Source of the DNA: Felis catus
Lineage: Eukaryota
NCBI RefSeq assembly: GCF_018350175.1
Contig: NC_058368.1
Coordinates: 193,318,001-193,382,000 of the forward strand
Direction of reading: 5' to 3'
DNA length: 64,000 nucleotides
Shown here: positions 1 to 13,832 of the stretch, one piece after another
Numbering within the stretch: position 1 is the first letter of the stretch
How the letters are laid out: each line of letters begins with the position of its first letter
Position numbers and translations under genes: made by a program
Notes under the pieces: generated by a model
The model's input: only the letters and a program-made list of their open reading frames with translations
What the model was told of the DNA's origin: nothing
The model's database searches: none

Positions 1-2519
1 CTACAGGCCTCTAAGCTCTGGGAATGGCCAGGGTGGGCCTGATAAGGAAAAGTCCACCTCAAGTAGATATTACTTCTTATTCTGGAATGTTTACTCTTTT
101 GTCTGTAAGACTCTTTAATCCAAAATGACAAATCCTTCCTCCCAGTTCCTGTGAGAAGAAGTCTCAGGAATCCTGGTGTTGCTGGTCTCTGGGATCAACC
201 ACTGGCTGTTTCTGCTTTGTCCCTGGACTTCGCAAGAAGGGAGAAGTCCAGTGGCTTTCACATCAGTGTGAGCACCCTTTCTTCCAGTGAAGTTTAGTAG
301 AAACCCAATATATAAAATCAGTAAAATAATAAAAAATGGCCCTTGTCTTATAGTGCTTCCTGGATATTATATTATGGGTCCTACATATATCAATCTATTT
401 TAAACCTCATAACAATACTTAAGGTGGTAACAGTTCCATTTACCAGTGAAAAAAACAGGCATAGAGTGGAGGTGTTCTATCAAAGATTGGGAGGAAGGAG
501 GCTGGGATGGGTCCTTCATAGTCTCCTTTTCACCTCAGTGTCGGTTCCTAAGATACTCTAGAGGAACCCTTAGAAGACCTGGAGACAATGTTTGAAAATC
601 CTTTTGCAGCCCGAGGTCACAAACTCAAATACTCTCCCGGGGGCCAGCTGAGTAACAAAGGAATGAAGGTGGTTACCTGGGGGCTGCAGTGCGGTGGAGT
701 GTGCAAGGATCAGCTAAGGGGGTGGCTGCCACTCAGCTTTGCATAACCATTGCCAAATTCTGTGCGGATCAAACACAAACATGCCTCCCAGAGGACTTAG
801 CTTTTGTGGGCCACCAACGTGAGACAATCGGAGAATAGGTGGAGACTCTGAAAACGTATCCTGAGGTCAGACCACTTGGGTGCCATTAGAAGGTGAGATG
901 CCCACTGATGAAGGAAATAATGGAGAAAAACAAGCCCATGGGTCTTTTTGGACATATGCATATTGTGATGGCCCTATGTTATACTGACTAGCTAAGAGTC
1001 ATTTCTTCCCACTGTTTATCTACTGGCCTGATTTATTTTTAAGCAAGTCCTTCCCCTACTTGGTTCTGTCTACTCTTCACCATGTGTTTGCCAGTATTGG
1101 CCAAGCATCCAGTCTCACACCTCCTCTCCCACGCACCCCACCCCCCAACTGTCTTCTTATTTAAAGAAAAACAAGATTATAATGGTGAACAATGAGACTA
1201 CCTAAATTATACAGCAGCCAAAATGAGTCCTGAGGGAAGATCCTTAGGAAGAGTTTATTCCTTTGCTACTCAGGAATATTGGTTCTCATTGACACTCAAA
1301 TGCAAAACAGACAGGTGGCTAAGATGCCTCCAGCACTTGCCTATAAGGCCTTAATATTTATGTAACTTGCCCCCAGAAGGTGACAATGTGTGCAAATCTA
1401 TTTATGACAGCCAAGTTCTAAGTCATGCCTCCCCACATGCTTTAGAAACTTGGTAGTCTACAAGGGACTGCCTAATGGAAAAGGAGTTCATAGACACTGA
1501 ACAACTGTAAAAGGAAAGGGAAATACAGTCAGTGCTTGTATATCAGATAAACTGGAGGGGATCTGTCACATGAACATTCCAGAATGTAGTTGAAAGAACA
1601 TCATACACAAAGACAGGAGGTCAATAAATGTGAGGACTGGGCTAGATTGGGAGTTTTCAAGTTTCTTTTATGCCCCCGCCGCCTTTCCATCCTTCCTCCT
1701 TTTTTTCTTTCTTGGCTTAGGAATCGTTTTTTTGAAAAAAACAATAATATTTGCAGTCTAATGTATAAAACAGACAAAGTGGACCTACTGTGGTTCCATG
1801 TGGAGGCTGCGGCCTCACTGATTTGGGCACCCTAGCACTCTCAATGCACTATCTGAGGCACCTCTGAGAAATCCCATGTTCGAACTACAAGAAACAAATT
1901 TACATCACCATTAGAACTAGATTATTTCCAAGGTCTGTTCAGAACTAAGAAAAAGAGAACCCTTTTCTCTTAAAAATGAAGAAACCTAGGTCTGCTAGGT
2001 CAGGTGACCTACTCAGGGCCATAACTAGCATGCTATAGCCGGTACTAGAACCTACTCATAGTTCAGTGCTCTCCTTCCATCATTTAGAAAGTCGCATAGG
2101 ATGGTGGTCTGAATCTCAACTCACCTAGCTACAAGCTCTGTAACCTTGGCAAGATATTCAACATTTGTGTGGTTCCTCATTTATGAAAGAAGATATAACA
2201 AGAGTCCCACCTTGTGCTTCTGTGAGGAATCAGTGAGATAATGGATGTATGGGACTCAAACCCTTGCTTAGCATATAGTAGGTGCTTACTAAGTGTTAGC
2301 TGTACCATACTCTCCTCCATCCCTTCTCTGTTCCTTGCAGCTACAGAACACCAGACTTGTGATTATCCCTATTAATCTTGATGGAGCACATCAACCAGAT
2401 AGCAGACAGAGCTGGCTCAGACACAGGATGCATCCAGCCGATGGACAGCATGCACTGGACAGTTGGCTGTAAAGCATAGCTGAAAAGCTGAATACAGTGA
2501 AGTCTGGAAATAATTCCTA

Positions 2520-3143
<624 letters not shown>

Positions 3144-3257
3144 CTATATTTCTGACAAATGAATGATCAGCTCACTGTCTTATAGGAGAGATTATCCCAG
3201 TGTTTGACAGTTCTAACTGTTAGGGCATCTTCCTCACCTTACTAGAAGGGGGATGTT

Positions 3258-3682
3258 GTGATATCTGTGGCTTCTGCCTTCCCAGCAGCCATGCCTCCTT
3301 CCTCCACAAGAAGAACCACTCCTGTCCACTCTCAGTCCTTCTAGTTCAAATCAGCTAATCACCCTGGTTACATAGTGAAGTGCATGACCCAGGTTTGGCC
3401 ATCGGTATACTTCATTTCCCTGGTCAGAACGATTCATTCAAAAATGGTATAGGACTCAAGTCCGTTTAATGAGCATTAGCCCCGAGAGTCAGAGTGAGAG
3501 ATTTAGAAACTGATCCAGAATGTCATTTGGGCCATGCTAAATTCAGGACTTACCCCAGACTCCAAGGAAGATGGGTTAATATATTCTATTTGTTCCCAGG
3601 AACATGAGCCAGCCCTTCTGTTTGCCTAAGCCAGTTTGGATTGGGTTTCTTTTACCTGCAGCCAAGATATCCCTAGCTGATA
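3258..3682 (+). mobile_element. Old MaLR LTR remnant (MLT1K/L-like)
   Basis: gtgcatgacccagg and tttgcctaagccagtttggattgggtttct...ctgcagccaagatatccctagctgata 3' end motifs. Confidence 0.5.
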
Positions 3683-4689
3683 GTGTGGTAAAGGCAAATT
3701 TAACTCAATAAACTCTTACTGGCCACTTCTTTATGTTCAAGCCCTAGGCTGGAAGGTGAGGGTAAGCTACAGTCCCTACACTCAGGGTATTACAAACTAG
3801 TAAGAGAGGTCGGTATACATATCCACCTTTCCCTCCTCTCACCCCTCCCCTCCCCCGCAATTTTTCAGTCTACCAGGTAGGCTGGATGTACTAGCCAAGA
3901 GATACACAATGATACAGGAGACAAGAGAGGCATTAATTCTGGCTGAGGAGATCGGGGGCTACATCATAAAAGAGGTGACACATAAATGTAGCACTGAAGA
4001 GGGGTAGGATCTTGTTGCTCTGGCACAGTACCCATTTCGGAAGGAGGGAATTACGTGAGTGAAGGCCTTAAAGAGAGGAGGAAAAGAAGCATCACAAGTA
4101 TTTTTCGTGAAGACGCCTAAGAAACATACAAACAATTCAATTTTTAAAATTCAGATCCATGTAGACAAACATAAAAAAGGTTGCAAGAAATGCTCATCTT
4201 TGAGCATCTAGCATGTGGAATCACCATCCTTGCTCTTCGGTCTTTCCTCCCTCTCCCTAATGGCAGAAGCACTGGCATCTACACAAATAAAAATCCACTG
4301 CTCTGTTGGCTTGAGATCAAGAGATCCTGGAAACCCAAGAAGGTTCCATGGACAGGTGCCACAAAACTCATTTTTGAAATGAGAGACACATCTGTGCAAG
4401 TCTGTTCCAGGTGGATGGCTTTTTCTCATGATGCACAACAGTCCAGATGTGAAACTGGTGACAGATGTGTGCAGATGAGTGCCCCACTTAGCTGCTGACT
4501 GGTGTTGCATAGAGAAGATTTCGGCTGATTACTGTCATTGGCTGGGGTTTTTGAGAAGGTGCTTCAAGTGGAATAAAAATCCTGGCTTCAGAATGACTTA
4601 AGATCTCACCCAGGGAAAGAAACTTTCCATAAAGCAATGTGAATTTGATAGTAATTCTGCTTTTTTTTCTAATAGTCATTGCATAATTC

Positions 4690-4691
<2 letters not shown>

Positions 4692-4730
<39 letters not shown>
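4692..4730 (+). repeat. (TTA)13 microsatellite
   Basis: Read directly. Confidence 0.95.
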
Positions 4731-4732
<2 letters not shown>

Positions 4733-5439
4733 TTGCAAATACTTACAAGCAAGTGCAAGGGAGAAGATACCTACTCTTTTGTCTGTACCCTAATATAGAT
4801 AGAAAAGGAATGGAGGAGAAAAGTAATGGAAATGACTTAGAGGGACTACTACATGTTACCCAAAAGGGAGGTGAATGAAGATCAGCTTTGAAGGTGGTAA
4901 CAGGAATTGAATGGATTCGTTTGATGCCTCCTGATGTGAGTTAATGAAAGGGACTGTGGACTGGAAAAATCACAGAAGCACATCATCATAATGCTTAGTT
5001 CATTCAGCAGTTCCAAGATTTGTTTCATAGAACATTATTTCTGGAAGGATGTTAATAAGTGTAACATAAAAACAGTGTGAAAATTAGGAAACATGAATCT
5101 AGGAAATATGAACTTAAACAGGTGGGGTGAGACTCCTCAGAACCTTTAGAAGATCACTATGCACTGAGAATTTCCAAGAGAGGTAAGTAGATGTAATACT
5201 TCTAAAATTATCTGGCCGTGGATCCCTGAGCATCAAAAGAGACCCATATGTGTAGGAGACATACACAGTGGGAGATGCTACATTCAATGACCTTACTTTA
5301 TAGAGAAAAACTCAGGTCCAGAGAGGGAAGGTGATTTGTGCAAAGCTGCAGTGTTTCGGTTTGTCTGACATTGACTGAGAGGTCTTAAGAGGTGATTTCC
5401 AGCACCTGAGGTTGTTAGTGGTGCTCTGCAGGATTGGTC

Positions 5440-5670
5440 AAAGGCAGAGCTTACCTGGAAAAGTTAGACCTGGCTTCTCTGCTGGTGACTTGCTGACCAT
5501 GTGGCCTTAAGTGAAACTGTTGTCTTTTGGAATATCAAATCCCTCGCTAAAAAAAAAAAAAAAAAAAAAAAAAAGGCGTAATAATTTTTTGCCCTACCTA
5601 TTTGATAGGATGGTTTTGTGAGGATCAAAAGAATTCAAATATGTGAGAATACTGTCAAGTGTAAGCATTC
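5440..5670 (+). mobile_element. Degenerate MIR SINE, antisense to GRIA1, with an internal A26 expansion
   Basis: MIR-like order of motifs: agacctggc...tgtggcctt...ct(A)26ggcgtaataat...cctaccta...ttttgtgaggatcaaaa...atgtgagaatac. Confidence 0.6.
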
Positions 5671-5710
5671 CACAGATGCTCAAAATTATTTACTTAAATT
5701 GACATTAGGA

Positions 5711-6106
5711 TAGTAGCTTCCAAAATTAAGCATATGTCAGAATCACCTAGAGGGCTTTTAAAAATGCAGGTGGCAGAGTTTCTCGATCTCGGTGTGATAC
5801 CTGAGAATTTGCATTTCTTTTTTTTTTTTAATATTTATTTATTTTGGGGGGGAGACAGAGACAATAGCATGAGCTGGGGAGGGCAGAGAGGGAAACACAG
5901 AATCTAAAGCAGGCTCCAACACTCTGAGCTGTCAGCACAGAGCCTGACACGGGGCTTGAACCCATGAACCGTGAGATCATGACCTGAGCCAAAGTCAGAT
6001 GCTTAATTGACTGAGCCACCCAGGTGCCCCGAGAATTTGCATTTCTAATAAGTTCCCCAATGATGTTGATGCTACTGGTCCAGACATCACACTTTGAGAA
6101 CCACTG
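5711..6106 (-). mobile_element. MER5A-like hAT-Charlie DNA transposon, split by the SINE
   Basis: Minus strand starts CAGTGGTTCTCAAAGTGTG...ACCAGTAGCATCAACATC...AACTTATTAGAAATGCAAATTCTC and resumes after the SINE with AAGCCCTCTAGGTGATTCTGA, matching recalled MER5A consensus. Confidence 0.8.
5819..6030 (-). mobile_element. Felid Can-SINE inserted into a MER5A
   Basis: GGGGCACCTGGGTGGCTCAGTC head on the minus strand, CT-rich body and A tail. Perfect 16-bp TSD gagaatttgcatttct (5803-5818 / 6031-6046). Confidence 0.95.
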
Positions 6107-6776
6107 ACCTAGGCGAGCCCCAAACAAAATATGTGATGTCTAGAAACAATCCTGGGGAGACAGTAAACAGTTTTGATGTTTTAGGTAAAGGCGAAATGTG
6201 AAGAAAACCGTTAAGGTTGGAGAGTGACTCTGAGCCAGGCACTGTGTAGGTAAACTCCCCACCCCAGCCCAGGGATATGGGATTCACTTTCCCTGTTTTA
6301 CAGCGGTTCAATAACTTGTAGGTGCCTGCTGTCAAAGTTCACTCTCGTTCTGCTCCACCAAGACAAAGGACAGGCAGGGAAGCCACCTGTGAATCAAGCA
6401 CAAAGCCAAATCCATGCAAGAAGCAGAAACTTCATTTGTAGCATGTGGCATCTGAGAATGCAGACACTATTGCTATGCCCATCGCCAGTAAACAGTAGCC
6501 TTACAGTCCAGTGCTCAGATGGCTTGGAGTTCAAAAGCCAGGCTGCATGTCACAACTCTGCTTTTACTAGCTGTCCTTTGCCAAATTACATACCCCCCCC
6601 CCCCCCACTGGGCCTCAGTGTCCTTATCTATGAAATGTGGAAAATAATTGTATCTGTCTTATGGGGTTGTTAGGAGGAGGAAATGAAATAATGTGGGTCA
6701 AATATTTAGCATGGCACCGGGCACATACTACCTGTGGAAATGCTACTACTACAGGTTTTGATAAGAACAAGGTGGA

Positions 6777-6917
6777 ACAACATAAGAGACTCTTAAAAAC
6801 TGAGAACAAACTGAGGGTTGATGGGGGGTGGGTGATGGGTATTGAGGAGGGCATCTGTTGGGATGAGCACTGGGTGTTGTATGGAAACCAATTTGACAAT
6901 AAATTTCATATAAAAAA
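6777..6917 (+). mobile_element. Severely 5'-truncated felid L1 (3' UTR end only)
   Basis: cataagagactcttaaaaactgagaacaaactgagggttgatgggggg...gatgagcactgggtgttgtatggaaaccaatttgacaataaatttcatat plus A tail. Perfect 14-bp TSD aagaacaaggtgga (6763-6776 / 6918-6931). Confidence 0.9.
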
Positions 6918-7968
6918 AAGAACAAGGTGGAGCAAAAGAAGATGAAAGAGACCTTGATTGGCTTAACTATTTAAAAGGCACAGAAAGAATCAATTTGGGA
7001 GCCTCCAAATGAGTTTTGTCTGACCTTCTGGTTGTTTGTGGCTGACAGATAGTTCCTCAAACTCCTCTATTCTTCCTCAGGGGTACAGAAAAAGAAAGCC
7101 AGACCAAAACCCAAGGGAGGATGTTGAATTGGGCCCATCATGGAGTCTTGAGAACACAGTTTATAGAGCACAGAGGGACAGGCCTGATGGAGGAGAGGGG
7201 ATGGGTGGGAAAGGGCTGGCCCTGGGGCATCAGAGTTAACTCTGGTTTCTTACTGATGAGCCAGTGACCCACCACTGACTGTTGGCTATTGGGAAGCTTG
7301 ACCTCAGGATGATCATACCATTGTTCTGCCAGGATCACAGGCCTTTTTCTAAGGGAACTGTGGTCCATGGGGTGAGGTCGAAGATGAATGCTAGTGGAGG
7401 TTCCCATGGAAACCAGCCTCCAGATGCAGCATTAACTGTCCAGCTCTCTGTCATCAGTGGAGCTTCCCAGAGTGAGAGAAGTAGAGGGAGGAGAAAGGGT
7501 AGAAGTACATTCCACTCCTCAACTCATTAACCATCTTATTAGGTCATCTTGAAAGCCACTTTCCTATGGAAGATTTTCCTTATTTCATCTCTTTTTTGAG
7601 TTCCCTTTGTATGGCTCCCATGGCCATCATGAGTCCTATTGCCTAGATATTGGAGAATGGAATTTAACCTAAATGGTTGCTTCATCCTGGCCGGAACTCA
7701 ACATCAACCTGTGACTTAGTATATGCTTCTGCTCAGAGACCCTGCCTATAATCTTCAGTTTCTGTGAGTAAAGCTGTGGTGGTCCCTTTCCTGCAAGTAG
7801 TGGCTGACTTCTTACATTACATTTGTTGTTTCTCTACTCAAGAGAAAGATGATCTTCATCATCTCCCAGTACCCACTGAATCAATCCACTCTTCCCCTTG
7901 TCACTTCAGACTCAACCATAGCCCTGACTGCTCAATCCAAGCCCTCTACACAAATGACCACTGTTTTC

Positions 7969-8010
7969 TTTTCTTTTCTTTTTTAATTTATTTATTTAGA
8001 GACAGAGACA

Positions 8011-8050
<40 letters not shown>

Positions 8051-8211
8051 ACGAACAGGGGAGGGGCAGAGAGGGAGAGAGAGAATCCCAAGTAGGCTCC
8101 ATGCTGTCAGCACAGATCCTGATGCGGGGCTTGAGTCTACAAACCCTGAGATCATGACCTGAGCTGAAATCAAGAGTAGAGGCTTAACTGACTGAGCCAT
8201 CCAGGCACCCC
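7969..8211 (-). mobile_element. Can-SINE
   Basis: SINE head ends at 8211; (GA)n body. TSD aatgacca(c/a)tgttttc (7953-7968 / 8212-8227). Confidence 0.93.
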
Positions 8212-9238
8212 AATGACCAATGTTTTCGCACTCTCCTTACACCTCTTTTATTTCCATCACCATTCTATTGTTTGTACTTTAGAAATTCCTGGGCTGCCTT
8301 TCTCTCTATTTGAACATGGGCAATTTTCAGTTTCCATATCTTTCTTGATGGCTAGACAAACTCATGTTAGCCTCTTGCCTGATCCTTGAACCATACTATC
8401 TTTTACTACTCTCTCTCATTGTATTTTCTACCCCATAAAATGTTAAGATCCTTGGGGACAGGGATCAGATCTTTTACTTCTCAGTGATTCCTTAAATACT
8501 TAAAGCAATTCAGACATTCAGTGGCTTCTCAGAAATGCTTCAACTTATTGAAGATTTTATAGCAATCGTGCATGGTGTTATTTCAAGTGCAGTGAGTGAT
8601 ATAAAGACAGAGAGACCTACTCCTATTACACAGAAAACTATTATACAAGGCAAGGTAAGCCACAACAGAAACAGAAACTAAATCCTGCAGGGGAAGGCAA
8701 GAGCACTTAGAAAGGAGAGTTAATACTTGTTATGGGGAGAAAGAAATGACACCTTGGAAAAAGCAATATTTGATATAGATTTTTGGAGAAGGGACAGGAG
8801 TTTGGGGGTACTTAATGGAAGGGAGCACTCTAGAGAACAGAGTGACTCAGGGGTGGTCTTGCTGAAGTGGATGGTATCGGAAAGGTAATATTGGGGTGAG
8901 TGACTAGAAAGTTAGGTTGAATCCAGGGTGTATCTGGCACCAGGGAAGAAGTTTATATGGAGGTGCCATAAATGATTTTGAGCAGGGGAGTGGCAACTCA
9001 GCGGTCTGCCTCAGGAAAACTCATCCTGAATCTCAGTATTGCCTGTGTTAGATCATGATCAACTGCAGTCACAAGACTGAACTGAGAAAGCCAGGACCAG
9101 TAAGTAGCCTTGAACAAAGAATGTCTCAAGATATTGGATTTTGAACACCTCATCTTTTTGGCAGCAACTATACTAAGTTAGGGGGTCCAATAGTCATCTG
9201 TGGACAGGGCCAGCCAACCACCAAATTATTTTCTGTCA

Positions 9239-9535
<297 letters not shown>

Positions 9536-10171
9536 TCATAGGTAAGGAGGACTTTGGCATGGCAGGGGAAGATGTCAACAACGTTGGTTAACTTTGGTCT
9601 CTCTAAGTCCCTAAACCTACTTCCTGCATTTCTGCTCCCTCCATTACAAAACTTCTTGGGCTAAGAAAGTAAACTCTTAAAATAAGAATATTTTATTATT
9701 CACATGTGGAGCTCACCCTTTTAAATTATGTTCCAGGAGCTTTTGTATTTTTTGGAGGTGCCTCTAGGGCACTATGTTGGGAAAGTAGGCCCTAAACAGT
9801 CTCCAGCTTTCTCACAGGTAATCACTGAAAATCACAGCAGTTCAGTGGATATAAAGTAGCTGAAGTGCTGGCTTTTAGGAGACTTTCTTAGAAAATGGCT
9901 TCTACTGAAGGAGTGTACAGTCTGAGAACCACCATAATTTAGTCTCACCATTATGTCTTATATATAGGTAAACTATGGCTCAAAGGAGGGTAAGTGACTT
10001 ATCCCAGTATACAAAATGAAACCATAGCAGAACCAGAGTGAAAACAGCATCTCTAATTTCTAGGAAACTCCTTTTTCTACTCCCTCTTTCTACCTATAGC
10101 ATGGTTTCGGCAAGAAGAATAACCAGCTTATGCTCCTGGGAAAACCTTTGTGTTGGTCTAGCTTACATCTA

Positions 10172-10315
<144 letters not shown>

Positions 10316-11305
10316 TTAAGGAGAGGAAGGTGGTGACGTGAGATGAGACAGGCTCCTCAGGACTGGCCTACTGTGGACCACCCAGCCAACACCAGACAAA
10401 AAAGCAAGGATCTAGGCATCATATTATACAGTATTGGACACACCAGGCTCTAAAACATTGGTAGATAAAAATAACAAGAGGTAAAATGCTCTCCATTCAG
10501 GTCCTCCCAGTCCCACCCCCTTGAACATCCTCACCATGATGGGCTGAACCTAGAAATTGCCCCTGTGAAGAGGGGGCGGATTTAACTCTTAATGCAACTA
10601 GAATATTTTGTACAATGCAAGCCATGGCTGTGGAAACTGAATTCCTTGCAGTTGTTCACAAGCTCAAACCCCTTTTTCTTTATTTCTATTAGCCCTTCTC
10701 TTCCTGGGCTCATTCTGAATGGCAGTTGGAATCATACGATTTAAACATTAAATTCCTTTTGCTTTATTTTTATATTTACCTGTATTTTTTCCATCTAGAT
10801 TTAACTTCCTAGGTGATTGTTATTTTATGCTTTATCATTTATTTCTCTTATTTCCAATTATGAAATATTATAATACTGAGTATATATTAGTGCCTAAAAT
10901 TATTGGCTGAAAAAATTATTATTATTATTTTTTTAATTAGTGGGTTATTTATACTGGCTCATTTTCCAAGATCTTTCAGCTAATATTTATTGGATCCCTA
11001 TCGTGTGCAAGGCTCTGAGCTAAAACACTGGTAGTATTGTGTGGGAGGTTGAGAGAGATACAAAAAGTCTAAGAGGTAGTCCTTGCTCTGAGAAGTTCCC
11101 CAGTCTACTTGGGAAGACATGACACATGCAACACACAAGATCATAAAGGATGGGCAGTTTGAGCCCAAACCTTTCAGGTTGGAGAGACCATGAACATGTG
11201 CCAAGATGTAAAGGCAGGAATCTTCCCAGATATGTAAATTCAATGGCTTCTAGGTGGAAGATAGGGTTAGCCTAAGAGGGCAGTGGGCAGGTGGTAGAAG
11301 ATGGA

Positions 11306-11339
11306 TTTTTTTTTTTTTAATTTTGGGAGAGGAGAGAAA

Positions 11340-11385
<46 letters not shown>

Positions 11386-11510
11386 CCCAAGCAGCTCCAT
11401 GCTGTCAGTGTGGAGCCAGATGTAGAGCTCAGTCTCATGAACTGTGAGATTATGACCTGAGCCAAAATCAAGAGGCAGATGCTCAAACCACTGAACCACC
11501 CAGGCGCCCC
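11306..11510 (-). mobile_element. Can-SINE with (GA)n microsatellite
   Basis: ccacccaggcgcccc end, atgacctgagccaaaatcaagag core, (GA)n tract and T run. Confidence 0.92.
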
Positions 11511-13626
11511 AGGAGACACCTGGATTTGAATGCCAGGCTAAACAATATAGACTTTATCCTGAAGGTAACAGGAAGTCACGGGAGGTTTGGGAAGAGCAGA
11601 ATGGCATGGCTAATACACATACACACACAAACACACACCTCTGTCCTGTCTCTCTATATCTTTAGACAGTTGTGTTTTGTTCTGTGGTTCTTCTTTTGGC
11701 TGTAGATGGAGGGTGAGAAAGGAAAGAGAACTGGATGTGCATTTGCAGAGGAAAGAGCAGGCCTCCCACCAGCCAGAACTCAGACCAGGCTCACACAGCT
11801 GAGGCCTGTGCCAGGGGTCAACTCAAACAGCACTGTCTCCTTGATGCCTTCCCCAGTTTCCTCGTTGGAAAAAAGCCATTCTCTCTGTGATCTCACTGCG
11901 GTTAACAACAACAATGATAATTGCCAATGCTGATTATGTTCTTGCTATTGTCAGATGCTAAGTGTTTCTAAGTTTTTGTGCCATTTCATTTGGATTAGAG
12001 GTGTCTGTAACCTGCCCAAGGTGATGCAGCTGGAAATTGGCTCTGCATTTGTTGCTAAGAGGGGACTTGGCTTCCATGATAACATGTAATCATTTTAGTT
12101 AACATTTATTGAGCGCTTACTGGGTTTCAGCCACTCTTTTCTTCTAAGTGGTTTTTTTCTTTTTTTTTTTATGTTTTAACTTCTTCCATCCTCACAAAAA
12201 TCTATGAAGTGGGTACTTAATTATCACCTCCATTTTAAATGTGAAGCAACTGAGATGTGGAGAAGTGAGGCAACTTTTCCAAGGTCACGGTCAAGTCATG
12301 GAGCCAGGATCTGAGCCAGGAAGGTTGACTGCAGGGCCAGTAAGCTGCTAGCCGGCCCTTGAGTGCCTCAGGTAGGTCCCCACTGGCCCTGTGGTCTGGC
12401 TGTTTGTATGTCTGTCGCCATCTCTCCACAGTTCTGTGGGTTCCTGATGGACAAAGCCAGAGGTCTATTCCTTCTAGAATGATTTACTTAGCATGGCATA
12501 TTCTTCCATAAGAAGCAGCTAAGGAAATGTTTGTTAAGAGAAGATGTGCTTCCAACAAGGAGACAGTGGACCCTACTGGGTGCTAAGACAGTCCAGAGGC
12601 TTGTCTCTCAGGGCATCGGGTCAAGATCTACCCTTGGTGCAGGCCTGTGCTCAATATTGCCTGTGTTAGGCACTTTTAGTTAGCACAGAAGGAGACATTT
12701 CTCCCTAAATGACACAAGAACCAGAAACTTAGATTTCCAGAATGTCAGAGGTGGAAGAGGCTTGAAGAATCACTTCTTCCAACCCCTTTCTTTTACAGAG
12801 AGGGATGAGGGGACAGGCATAAAACCAGGATGCAGTCTTGACTCCCTCACTTTGCTAGGCCAGGGCCCTGGAACCCTGGAGCATCTGTGGGGACTTTTCC
12901 ATGCCACTTTCCTAGGAGGTGGGTTAGGGGTCAGAAAATGGGAGACAGCTCTGGGTGCCCCATCTCTCCTTCAAAACACTCAGTTCTGCTTTTTATCTCT
13001 TTCACATATTGGGATCCCTTTAACGTTCACTTTTACAAGGAGCCCTCTGGTTGAAAATGTTTAAAGCCACTAATGTAGTATATCATGATGCAAGTTTTCA
13101 AAAGATTTCCAAAGTACTTTCACAACATTTAACTCTTTAGCAAATAGCACAAGACAGGTGTGGGATTGTTTTCTCTGTTTTATAAAGGAGATAACTGAGC
13201 CTTGGGGAAATAAAATGATCTAATTTATAAATATAGAGATTATATAGCAGATTCGTGGCAGGGCATAGGAGCCAGGGCATGACCTCAAAGGTTAGGTTAC
13301 TTAATGTAATCAATACTAACTCAGGAGCAGGTCTGGCAAATGCCATTTTTGCCCCACAGATGATGCTTTCCCTTTCCCTTTCTCTTTCTTTTCCTTCTTC
13401 CCCTCATTCCCTTCCTTTCTTCCCTTTTACTTTCCTCTTCACAATCAGGCACAGGTTTAGCTCCTTCTAATGAAACCATCAGTACAGAGCAAGTTGCCTT
13501 CTCTGATGTGCAAAATCTAAAACATACAGTGTACTATTACGTATTATTTTTTTTTAAGTGGGGGCTTGATAGTCAAGAGATTACTCTCTGATATAGACAG
13601 AACTGGTTTAAAAGGTGGGCTTTCCT

Positions 13627-13832
13627 GGGGTGCCTGGGTGGCTTGGTCGGTTGAGCTTCTGACTTCAGCTAAGGTCATGATCTCATGGTTTGTGGGTTCG
13701 AGCCCCAGGTCGGGCTTGCCGCTATCAACATGGAGCCTGTTTCAGATCCTCTGTCCTTCTCTGTCTCTGCCCTTCCCCTGCTCGTGCATGCGCACGTGCT
13801 CTTTCTCTCAAAAATAAATAAACATAAAAAAA
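13627..13832 (+). mobile_element. Can-SINE
   Basis: ggggtgcctgggtggcttggtcggttgag head and caaaaataaataaacataaaaa tail. Diverged TSD aaaaggtgggctttcct / aaaaggtagacttccct. Confidence 0.93.
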
